From positions 28,350 through 92,349 of the forward strand of contig JAAXWW010000005.1 of the NCBI GenBank assembly GCA_013334765.1: a stretch of DNA of 64,000 bases, read 5' to 3'. The translations under genes were made by a program, and so were the position numbers. How positions within the stretch are numbered: position 1 is the stretch's first letter; each line of letters starts with the position of its first letter. Of the stretch, positions 27,494 to 36,194 are shown piece after piece. A model generated the notes under the pieces. It did not search any database and had not been told where the DNA came from. It saw only the letters and a program-made list of their open reading frames with translations. The stretch is from Candidatus Moraniibacteriota bacterium. Lineage in GTDB: Bacteria > Patescibacteriota > Minisyncoccia > Moranbacterales > UBA2206.

Positions 27494-27664
27494 TCATATT
27501 CTCACTTCCCCCGTTTCTTTGAGCATGATCTTCTCACCCATTCGGGATTCCGAATGTTCCCAGGGATTGATTTCATAAACTTCCACCAATCCAGCCAGGA
27601 TGCGCATGGCCATGCGCAAATCAAGAATGCCTTCGTCAGCTAAACCCATCATGCTTTTTGCCAT
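27494..27664 (-). CDS. Possible small protein (57 aa), uncertain
   Basis: MAKSMMGLADEGILDLRMAMRILAGLVEVYEINPWEH... starts at an ATG with a GGAAG about 9 nt upstream. The rest of the long track ORF (to 27979) is Cys/Trp/Arg-rich and not protein-like. Confidence 0.25.
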   Translation of the reverse strand: MAKSMMGLADEGILDLRMAMRILAGLVEVYEINPWEHSESRMGEKIMLKETGEVRI

Positions 27665-28042
27665 TTTCTCATCTTCCGTGTTTCTCCTTGAAAGATACTG
27701 TTTGACTGAAAAAACAGATCTGCCCATGCGAGGCATGGGCTTATGGAGCACAAACGCAAAGAACAGCTCCAAGTCACAACGCCTAATGGAAAAAATCCCA
27801 ATGAGGCGTAGAGCAAAAGACCATACTACGATGACAGGGCAGGCTTTGTGTTCCAGCCAGGTTATTGTCCCGGCACACACAGCATGTCCATCCGGCATTG
27901 CGGTTCCTCTCATGAATCTCATGACAATACTCCGTTGTTTGGGGTGAAAACATATATACACCAAAGAACCTAGCCACAATATACAAGGATGCTTTCAATA
28001 AGTCAAGAATTGTTTTGAACAACTTCAGTGCTTCTGCGTATG

Positions 28043-30511
28043 TTATATGACGCTCCGCATTCCGGCTCTGGTCATGATTTCGCGCTCAACGAGATCGCGG
28101 TCGCGGCCGTATTTGAAACGGGAAAGCTCCTTGAGCGCATTGGCGATTTCCTGATTGCCCTTGATCGGAGGGAAAGTCGCCATGTTGAAAGGCTTGGTGA
28201 GCGCGTTATCGATGAGGATTCTGGCAAAGCCGTTATAGTTGTCCACATTCACCAGGTCTTTGGCACTGAAGGTCGGAGCGAACTGCTTTTCCAGGAACTC
28301 AGCGTCCTCAGGGCCGACCCTGAAAGCCACCATCGATCCCACATTCCCGAACACCGCCTTGGAAATCTCCTCCTTGAGCTGAGCGATGAACTGATGCGCC
28401 AGCACCAGGCAGAGCCGGTATTTCCTGGCTTCGGAAAGAATCTGCGAGATGGAATTGGTCGTGACATTCTGGAATTCATCGAGATAGAGATAGAAATCCT
28501 TCCTCTCATCCTCCAGGATATCGGCGCGCGAAAGCGCTGCCATAAGGATCTTCCCGACAATCACCATCCCCAAGAGGCGCGCATTGATCTCGCCTATCTT
28601 CCCTTTGGAAAGAGCAACCAGAAGGATCTTCTTGCTGTCCATGATATCTCGGAAATCAAGCGTGCTCTTCTGCTGGGCGATGATCGGGCGCATCATATCG
28701 TTTGATATGAAAGGCGTGAGTTTCGAGGTGATATAAGGAACCATGTTGGCAAGCGAGGCTTCGCCGCCGGCCTTTTCCGCTTCCTTGGTCCAGAAATCGA
28801 CTACGATCGGATTCTTGCATTTCTTGAGTTTCATGGCGCGGAAAGATTCATCGGAAAGCACTTTTGGGATTTCCATAAGCGTCGATCCGGATTCGGGATC
28901 ATCCATGACAAGGAGCATGGCGTTCCGCATATACTGCTCGAACATCGGTCCTCCGGTCGCTTTCAAGTCATAGAGCTGGTCGAATATCCCGATCATCTCA
29001 TTGATAACGAAGGTCTTGAGTTCCGGCCTAGTTGTGTCATATTCAAGCATATTCAGCCCGAAGGGACGCTCCGTATCGGCCGGATTGAAAACAATTACAT
29101 CTTCGGCTCGCTCTTTCGGAATAGCAGTCAGGATATCTTCGATAGCATCCCCGTGCGGGTCAATGAAGCAGAAACCGCGACCGTCCCTGGCATCCTGCTT
29201 CGCCATTTCCTGCAGGAAATTGGATTTTCCGACTCCGGTCTGTCCGATTGCATACAGATGGCGCCTGCGGTCTTTCTCTGAAATCCTGATAGTAGTCTTC
29301 GTTCCGCGATAGTCGTTGTATCCAAGGGTTATTCCCTCAGTTGGAATATTTATCGGCGGAGGGGAAGCGTTGGATTTCAGCCATTTGATTTTCGGCGTTT
29401 CCGTGGTCGAAATGGGAATATGGTATATGCTGGCAATTTCCTCATTGCTGAGCGTTATGGATTCATCCGATTTGAAATTGCGGAAAATGAAATCATAAGC
29501 GATTTCCTTCTTATCCATCCTTTTGACTTGGAAGTAGTTTATGTCGGAATTCTGGTATTGCGAAAAAGCGTTTTCGAGATGGCCTAGGATTTCCTGGGCA
29601 CGTTCCTGGGTCTTGGCCGAAGCGACCAGGCGGATATTGACACGGAATCCGCTTTTGACGCTCTTCCTCTCGATGCTCTTCACCAGTTCCTGTTCTTCCG
29701 GCGTAAGCTGGACGACCGTCTTCTCAAAAGATTGCTGATCTTTACCTTCGTGCGCGATAACCCCGGAGATGGCGCTGCCCACTTCGCGACCGACTTTCAG
29801 CATGAAGTGTCCCGTGACATCCTTGAGCCGTTTGCCTTGCTGCATTTCGTGCGCGATGCGCTTCCCTTCGCTTCTCCAGCCTGTTCCGGCGGGAGCAAGA
29901 ACCAGCTGGATAGCTGCCCCTTCTTCGACAGTGTCCAGCTTGCTTATGGCGTTAGTAATAGCGTTCAATGGGTCTATTTCCAGATCCTCATAGGTTTTTA
30001 TCGGCAAGGCATGGCTTTCCTTGAGGATTATGATCGACGCCTCAGTGAAGCTTCCAGGAGAAAAAACGCTATAGTCGCCGCATTTCTCCAAGACTGCGTT
30101 CGGGAAATAGCTGTGGATCTGCTTTTCAACGCTCTCGCGGAATTTCTTGGGAATGGAAATAAAGAATATTATCTCTTCGGAATCGGACGAATTGGCTATT
30201 TCGAAAGAAATGCTCGGAGAACCATATATCAGCTTCTTAAAGAATCCCTTCTTGTCCTTCATCGAAGAAAGCGCCGTAAGAAGCTGTTCCATGGCGCCTA
30301 TTTCGTCTTTCCAAGTCTGCTTCTCCCTACTGCTGTCTTCGGGCCTTATTTCCATCTTGGAGACACGGATAATATCCAGATCGAGATTCATCGACTGGTT
30401 TATTTGAGAGCGGAAAGAAACGAATCCATTGATGATAGTCAGGGCGCCCAGAATAAGCGTTGCCAGTCCGGAAACGACAAGAATCGGAATCAGGATAATA
30501 TTGATGTCCAT
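28043..30511 (-). CDS. Fused N-terminal membrane domain plus FtsK/HerA-VirB4-like (DUF87-type) ATPase (822 aa)
   Basis: An N-terminal TM is followed by a domain homologous to the 3388-4662 product. The ATPase has Walker A AIGQTGVGKS, FIDPHGDA and Walker B FYLYLDEFQNV. Confidence 0.8.
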   Translation of the reverse strand: MDINIILIPILVVSGLATLILGALTIINGFVSFRSQINQSMNLDLDIIRVSKMEIRPEDSSREKQTWKDEIGAMEQLLTALSSMKDKKGFFKKLIYGSPSISFEIANSSDSEEIIFFISIPKKFRESVEKQIHSYFPNAVLEKCGDYSVFSPGSFTEASIIILKESHALPIKTYEDLEIDPLNAITNAISKLDTVEEGAAIQLVLAPAGTGWRSEGKRIAHEMQQGKRLKDVTGHFMLKVGREVGSAISGVIAHEGKDQQSFEKTVVQLTPEEQELVKSIERKSVKSGFRVNIRLVASAKTQERAQEILGHLENAFSQYQNSDINYFQVKRMDKKEIAYDFIFRNFKSDESITLSNEEIASIYHIPISTTETPKIKWLKSNASPPPINIPTEGITLGYNDYRGTKTTIRISEKDRRRHLYAIGQTGVGKSNFLQEMAKQDARDGRGFCFIDPHGDAIEDILTAIPKERAEDVIVFNPADTERPFGLNMLEYDTTRPELKTFVINEMIGIFDQLYDLKATGGPMFEQYMRNAMLLVMDDPESGSTLMEIPKVLSDESFRAMKLKKCKNPIVVDFWTKEAEKAGGEASLANMVPYITSKLTPFISNDMMRPIIAQQKSTLDFRDIMDSKKILLVALSKGKIGEINARLLGMVIVGKILMAALSRADILEDERKDFYLYLDEFQNVTTNSISQILSEARKYRLCLVLAHQFIAQLKEEISKAVFGNVGSMVAFRVGPEDAEFLEKQFAPTFSAKDLVNVDNYNGFARILIDNALTKPFNMATFPPIKGNQEIANALKELSRFKYGRDRDLVEREIMTRAGMRSVI

Positions 30512-30543
30512 TTATGTTATTGTTTTTCTTTTTTATTTTTCTC

Positions 30544-31014
30544 CTATATCTCGGTTATGAGCCCTTTCCTGACTAGCGCGTCATGCAGATCCGCAGAAAG
30601 AAGCCTGTCATGAAGCTCGTCGAGAAGATAGTTGTCTTCCATATGGCGCGCCACCTTCACGGCATGGACGACGCCTTTCGATTCGGCGATGCTAACCAGC
30701 TTTTCCAGCCTGCTCTCGTAGTCTTTCATTTCACTCATCTCTTTAGCATCAGAAGACACATTGCTGGTAGATGAGGCTTGCGGAGCGTCGGAAGGAACCT
30801 TGGAAAGGATCTTGGAATATGCCGCTTCCTTTTCCGCAGCGCCTTCCTTTCTTTCCGCGTTCGTTTCGGGAAGAGACGGCGTTTCAGCATCCAAAACAGC
30901 CTCGCTGGGAAAATCGATATTTTCTTTCTTGGCGGCTGCTCCTGGCAGGAATTTGTCTTTCAAATCCAAATCGCTTTCATCGATCGGTTCCAGATTAGAT
31001 TTTATCGGTTCCAT
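30544..31014 (-). CDS. Hypothetical acidic protein (156 aa)
   Basis: It is in the operon directly upstream of the fused ATPase. It is E/D/S-rich with a helical C-terminus. Confidence 0.5.
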   Translation of the reverse strand: MEPIKSNLEPIDESDLDLKDKFLPGAAAKKENIDFPSEAVLDAETPSLPETNAERKEGAAEKEAAYSKILSKVPSDAPQASSTSNVSSDAKEMSEMKDYESRLEKLVSIAESKGVVHAVKVARHMEDNYLLDELHDRLLSADLHDALVRKGLITEI

Positions 31015-31036
31015 ATTTTTCAGTTAATTATTGAGT

Positions 31037-31348
31037 TTATGCTTTTTTCATTTCCGTCTTGAATTCGTCGATGATGCTTCTCACCATTCCGTCATAATCG
31101 GCGATCTTTTCCCTGAGAAATATCTCTATTTTATCGGGACCCTCTTCGGCATCGATCATTTTCATGTATTCCTCTTTGTCCCCCTCCGAAAGTTTCGCAA
31201 GAGACTCCGAGAATATCCTGCGAAGGACGACTTCGGTCATCTTTATGAGAAGCTCGTCCTGCTTGTCCTTGGAAAGCTCGGAAAGACCGAGCTCTTCTAT
31301 GAGAGCGTTGCGCGCTTCGTCCTGATTAGGTTGTCCATTATTTCCCAT
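31037..31348 (-). CDS. Hypothetical small helical acidic protein (103 aa)
   Basis: In-operon ORF with 22-nt spacing from its neighbours and charged helical composition. Confidence 0.5.
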   Translation of the reverse strand: MGNNGQPNQDEARNALIEELGLSELSKDKQDELLIKMTEVVLRRIFSESLAKLSEGDKEEYMKMIDAEEGPDKIEIFLREKIADYDGMVRSIIDEFKTEMKKA

Positions 31349-31369
31349 GTCGTTTTAAGATTAGTATAT

Positions 31370-34009
31370 TTATTGTAATTGTATTCCTTTGCTTTTCATT
31401 ATCATGCCTATCACTCTGGTTGTCCAACTACTCAGCCTCTCCCCGTCCTTAGGTTCGAATACTTTCCCTCCTGGAGCCGCTAACAATGACCTGTATACCC
31501 CGATAACCTTCTCCCCACTGCCGTTCGACACTGGGTCATCGAAAAGCTCCTTGGCTGTTATGTTCTGCATCTGCTGGAACGAACCTATGCGGGTATTGTC
31601 TCCCAACATGCTGATACGGTATCTGGAGAACATCTTCTTGATAAGCTGGTTGTGATACTCTTTAAGCCTCAGCATTACCGCTTTGGCTCTTATGTTTTCT
31701 TCCATGCTCATTTTGGCATCTGTCAGCCTATCAAGCTCGGCAGAATCTCCATGCAAAGCATGCTCTGAAACGATTTTCTGATCTATTTCGCCTAATTGGA
31801 TTCTCATCGCATTGATATCGGTTTTTTCTATGCCAGGATTATGAGATAATATATTGTTTATTTTCCCTGATACTTCATGGTATCTATAAATGTCACGACC
31901 GACAGATCCGGATAACCCGAACTGACCGTCAATACGGTTCACGTCTTCCACATCCATTCCCATGATTTTTCCATGAACTTCGCCTGTTTCAATATAATGG
32001 TTTCCAACCCCGGCATTATTAGGAGCACCGTCATGAATGCCAGCTGCAGCCTTTTCATCAGGAGTGGCAAAAGAAAAATAAGGCTTTCCATCCGCTCCCT
32101 TTTCGATCCAGCCCAAATGCTTGTCACCGGTTATTCCCATTATCCCTTTGCCATCCGGAGTAAGATGTATTTTTGTTCCTTCATGCACTAGACTGAAAGC
32201 TCCTTTCGGTAAATCATGCTTTTGGGCAAATTCGACAGCCATTCTGTGCGCCCTTCTTCCAGCTTCTTCTTTGCTAACACCTTGGGATGTAAGATGCTTA
32301 ATCAGGTTTCTTTCAATGCTTCCTCCTTTCCCGATCGTTATTTCAGCCCCTTTTGGAATTTCAGCAGTCGAAGCAATCCCGGGACCGGATTCCGGAACTT
32401 TCGGTATGCCGGAATGAATCGGCGAATCGCTCTGCAAATCCGGCGCCTGATACGAACCGTCCGGAAGACGCGCTCCGTGTCCATGATTCCGTATATCGTA
32501 TTCTTTCAGCTTGCTATATATTTCCTTAGCTCCTGGTCCTGGTTTCACTCCTGGCGTTTCGGTGCCATGAACGCCTCCCTGGATTTCAGGCTTCATAGCA
32601 CCATCATGCGAAGGATGCAACTTCGGCATTCCGGCCTTGACTGCATGATCCGCATTCAATCCTAAACCGTTCACGACTTGAAATATTGCTGAGGCTCCGA
32701 TAGCTCCGCCAACAATCCACCCGATCGCCTTCCTGCTTCCTGATTTCCGCACTTCGCGCTTGAGGCTTTCGTCATATGTCTTGATTTCATTCCTCAATGA
32801 TCCAGCAAGGACATTGAATTTTCCTTCCAGATCATTGACATCCATTTTAGCCAGCTCTTCAAGCATTTTATTCTTCTCTTTCTCGGCTTTTTTCGCGTCT
32901 GACAAGCGCCTCATATTCTTCTGGGTCTCCGCTATTCCGACTCCAGCCGCCGCGCCGCCGATTATTTTCTGACCGAATCTGGCCACTCCCGCAACAGTAG
33001 CGACTGAAGCAACCCCGGCAAATCCTGCGCCCAATCCGATTGCGAAAATACCAGCAGAAGCAGCGACCTTCTGTTCCCGAGGGAGCTTCTTGTACCACTC
33101 CACAACTTGCACTCCCCTTTCCCAAACCTTATCTTTCCAGCTCTTGTCCTTGCCGTCTTCATCGGCCTTGAGGTCGGATTTAGCCCTAGTACGGGCATCG
33201 AAGAGATTGTTATTCTCTTCCAATTTGAAATACATGATCAGCTTGCCGATTTCATCCTCCGCCTCTGTGCCCGTAGCAATCTTTCCAGCTTGGCTTTTCG
33301 ATTCGATGCCGTCATACTTCGATCTTAATGATTCCACTTGGAAGCTTATAAGCGCATTAAGCGCGGCTTGATATTGGTTGTATTCATCAGTCGTGCCGGC
33401 TAAGGTTTCGGATGTGGTTTTGACATAGCGCAGCACTCTGTTCATCATCGACAGCTTTCTGCTCATTTCCAAATCTTTCGCAGCATATGCCGCTCTGGTC
33501 GATTCGACATTCTGCCTGAGCATCTCTAGTTCTTCTGCTCTTTTTTCCGCTTCGCTTTTTTCACCTACCGCTTCACTGTCAACCGGCTTATCTTTATTAT
33601 TGTCCTCCATATTCTTTCCGGTGAACTCTCCATCGTCAGATATCCCTGAAAATTTCCTGAGCCATTCCTCCTTGCTCATTGATTCTCTCGGTTTTTCATC
33701 ACTATTATCAGCCACCGGTCCGCGCGAAAAATCTTCCAGCCACTGCCTTTTCATTTCCTCTTGATTATCTGGATATGAATCTTCCGGTTTTTCTTCTTGA
33801 GGCTCCTGCTTATTATCCTCGGGCAATTCATTTTTTTTCAATTCCAGACTTCCCGGTTTTGCCGGTTCGCCATCGATGGCAGAGTTCTCTGTCGCATTCC
33901 TGCTCTTCATCTCATTCAATCTGAGATTCCTTTTTCGAGCCATTTCATTCTCTTTTGCGAGTATTGATTTTGTTGCTGCCTCTGGATCAAACATTATTTT
34001 TATTTTCAA
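31370..34009 (-). CDS. Large hypothetical membrane protein (879 aa) with two Gly-rich TM segments
   Basis: The N-terminal third is acidic and coiled-coil. The TM-like segments are AASAGIFAIGLGAGFAGVASVATVAGVA and AIGWIVGGAIGASAIFQVVNGLGL. It has a Gly/His-rich C-terminal domain and I recognise no family. Confidence 0.6.
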   Translation of the reverse strand: MKIKIMFDPEAATKSILAKENEMARKRNLRLNEMKSRNATENSAIDGEPAKPGSLELKKNELPEDNKQEPQEEKPEDSYPDNQEEMKRQWLEDFSRGPVADNSDEKPRESMSKEEWLRKFSGISDDGEFTGKNMEDNNKDKPVDSEAVGEKSEAEKRAEELEMLRQNVESTRAAYAAKDLEMSRKLSMMNRVLRYVKTTSETLAGTTDEYNQYQAALNALISFQVESLRSKYDGIESKSQAGKIATGTEAEDEIGKLIMYFKLEENNNLFDARTRAKSDLKADEDGKDKSWKDKVWERGVQVVEWYKKLPREQKVAASAGIFAIGLGAGFAGVASVATVAGVARFGQKIIGGAAAGVGIAETQKNMRRLSDAKKAEKEKNKMLEELAKMDVNDLEGKFNVLAGSLRNEIKTYDESLKREVRKSGSRKAIGWIVGGAIGASAIFQVVNGLGLNADHAVKAGMPKLHPSHDGAMKPEIQGGVHGTETPGVKPGPGAKEIYSKLKEYDIRNHGHGARLPDGSYQAPDLQSDSPIHSGIPKVPESGPGIASTAEIPKGAEITIGKGGSIERNLIKHLTSQGVSKEEAGRRAHRMAVEFAQKHDLPKGAFSLVHEGTKIHLTPDGKGIMGITGDKHLGWIEKGADGKPYFSFATPDEKAAAGIHDGAPNNAGVGNHYIETGEVHGKIMGMDVEDVNRIDGQFGLSGSVGRDIYRYHEVSGKINNILSHNPGIEKTDINAMRIQLGEIDQKIVSEHALHGDSAELDRLTDAKMSMEENIRAKAVMLRLKEYHNQLIKKMFSRYRISMLGDNTRIGSFQQMQNITAKELFDDPVSNGSGEKVIGVYRSLLAAPGGKVFEPKDGERLSSWTTRVIGMIMKSKGIQLQ

Positions 34010-34035
34010 CTATTTGGATATTCAAATTGGCATTT

Positions 34036-36018
34036 TCAAAAAAACAAGAAATCGAGGTCATTAGACTTGATTAGCCTTTTAATTGCCAACTCGACTCTTT
34101 CCTCGCTATTGAAATGCCCTTCTTTGACCATCTCTGCTTTTAATCTTCGAAAATATGCCCTGATGTTGATATCCGCCAAATCACCAGCATCGTCAGGATC
34201 ATAGCCGAACCCGGACCAGTCCATACCTCTTATATGTCCGATCATCTCTTTCACGCCTTCTTCATATATATCGCATATTTCGATTTCTTTTTGCGTCAGC
34301 ATTTCCTTGAACAAATCAGCATTCCACTCTTGCAATTGCTTGAATGAAATTATCTTCGGAATTGATTTTATTTCGTCTCCGGATCGATTCTCCACTACAA
34401 CCATTCCTGATTCTGTATTCACTGCAGCAATCCGCCATCCTTCTTCTCCAGCGACCTTCACATCGATTGTTCCTCCGTTCTCAATATACGTCCTGATTTC
34501 TTTCAAATATTCCTCTTCGCTTGATCCTTCAAATGAACCATTTTTAAACACGCTATCAATCAATGCAGAGGCATCGCTTTCTATGGTTTCCTTTCCGCGT
34601 GTTCCGTCATTGCCCAGGTTTTTTTGATCTGGTTCGGCGGCAGCGACTTCATCTTCATGGGTTCTTTCATTTTTAACTGATGGTTGATTTTTTTCTGGAA
34701 TCGCGACAGGTTCAGGCATGGATTTCTCAGCTCGTTCTTTTGCTTCTTTTTCCAGGGCCGCCTTGAGTTCAGGATTGATTTCTCCTCCCGACAAAGTCTT
34801 CATGAATTCTTCCATTGTCACGTCAAGCGGCTCGCTGTCATTCGTGTCTCTTAGCAGATAGTTACCGCGAACATTGATCATTCCGCGAGGAACGATCCCG
34901 TCGTCTATTTTTCTTTTATGATATGAGTAGAATTTGAATTGATCTTCCCCCGGGCTCCAAATCAGATATCCGTCATAGCCTCTGTATCTAGCCGCTAATT
35001 GTCCGACATTTTCCGCGCGATTAACCTTAGGATACCCATTCTCCTTTTTTGTATCGATAAGCACTTTATGATCGCCGCCTACATCCAGAACAAATCCTTT
35101 TTTCTCTAATTCTTCAATTTCTGCCTTGGCTTCTTTCTTAGCCTTCTCCAGCTCTTCGCTGCATTCTGAAAGGGTTTTTCTTCTAGCCTTCCCATTACCG
35201 ATTGAACAATTGTTATTGTTCAAATAGTACTCATCAAGAGGATCGGCCGGATTTCGGCGAGGCCGTCTCCGGAACAGCGCCAAAATTTCGCTGGTATCTA
35301 TTTTATTGCGCAATCCGTACAGATTCTTGTGATAGTTATCAAAAACTTTTTTCAGCTCCCTATCAGAATAATTTTCATTATCACACTTGGTCACAAATTC
35401 CACAAACCGATCCAAGTATTCCTCTTTTTTCAAAATGCCTTCCCTGACTAACTCTTCGTAGAAATACTTTGCGGCTGAGGTGTCCTTGTCTGAATCCTTC
35501 CCGTGATGGTCATCTATGTATATTTTCCCAGCTTCTCTGGTAGCCGTTCCATCTACACCGCCGGAATCAAAGATGGCTCCGCTTTTGACTGTATCCCCCG
35601 GGAAAACATAACCCAGTTTTATTTCCTGGTCTTTCAAATCTATTCCGGCTATTCTGAGTATTTCCAGACAGCTTCTACCATCAAGATCCGTAAATTTTAG
35701 CAATGACTTTTCACCTGTTTCAGGATCAATTCTTACGATTCCATGAACGGATATTTCTTTCCATAAATGCGTGAATAATTCCTTGAGTCTTTCTTGCTTT
35801 TCCTCTTCCGTGCCACCAAGCTCTTCCTCGGAATCTAGTTCCACTCCGAAATCGTTCGCTAATTTATTAAGCAAATAAAAAGTATGTTGGACCAAGGGAC
35901 GATTAGCAGCCTCTTCTTTTGCAAACTCATATCCTTTCAATCCAACTTCTTGCTTCGGCTCTTTTTTTTGCGCTTCGCCTGCGCTTACGCTGCCAGAGCT
36001 ACTTACTGTCTCTTTCAT
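34036..36018 (-). CDS. Hypothetical 660-aa protein with DHH-phosphoesterase-like motifs; first gene of the operon
   Basis: KFTDLDGRSCLEIL resembles DHH motif I (DxDG). GKIYIDDHHGKD resembles motif III (DHH). VLDVGGDHKV is a possible GGGH-like motif. The C-terminal half is unassigned. Confidence 0.55.
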   Translation of the reverse strand: MKETVSSSGSVSAGEAQKKEPKQEVGLKGYEFAKEEAANRPLVQHTFYLLNKLANDFGVELDSEEELGGTEEEKQERLKELFTHLWKEISVHGIVRIDPETGEKSLLKFTDLDGRSCLEILRIAGIDLKDQEIKLGYVFPGDTVKSGAIFDSGGVDGTATREAGKIYIDDHHGKDSDKDTSAAKYFYEELVREGILKKEEYLDRFVEFVTKCDNENYSDRELKKVFDNYHKNLYGLRNKIDTSEILALFRRRPRRNPADPLDEYYLNNNNCSIGNGKARRKTLSECSEELEKAKKEAKAEIEELEKKGFVLDVGGDHKVLIDTKKENGYPKVNRAENVGQLAARYRGYDGYLIWSPGEDQFKFYSYHKRKIDDGIVPRGMINVRGNYLLRDTNDSEPLDVTMEEFMKTLSGGEINPELKAALEKEAKERAEKSMPEPVAIPEKNQPSVKNERTHEDEVAAAEPDQKNLGNDGTRGKETIESDASALIDSVFKNGSFEGSSEEEYLKEIRTYIENGGTIDVKVAGEEGWRIAAVNTESGMVVVENRSGDEIKSIPKIISFKQLQEWNADLFKEMLTQKEIEICDIYEEGVKEMIGHIRGMDWSGFGYDPDDAGDLADINIRAYFRRLKAEMVKEGHFNSEERVELAIKRLIKSNDLDFLFF

Positions 36019-36194
36019 GTCTTATTAAAAAATAAAGCAATGAGATTAGTACTCACTTTTCTTTATCTGAATTATACAACAAAACAACAAAACCTCCCAC
36101 CTGTAAATGCGAGCGTCGGCTGTGGATAAGTGAAAATGTGATATAATCGAATCAGCAACCGAGTTGCTGGCTAATTTTTTCTCAAAACAAAAAA

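Noticed and set aside
36124-36132. Perfect DnaA box TGTGGATAA, and another TTATCCAC at 59997, as a possible oriC near parAB/gyrB
   Set aside because: They are isolated single boxes 24 kb apart. One lies inside a coding region. There is no cluster or AT-rich DUE, and dnaA/dnaN are not in the window. The evidence for an origin is insufficient.
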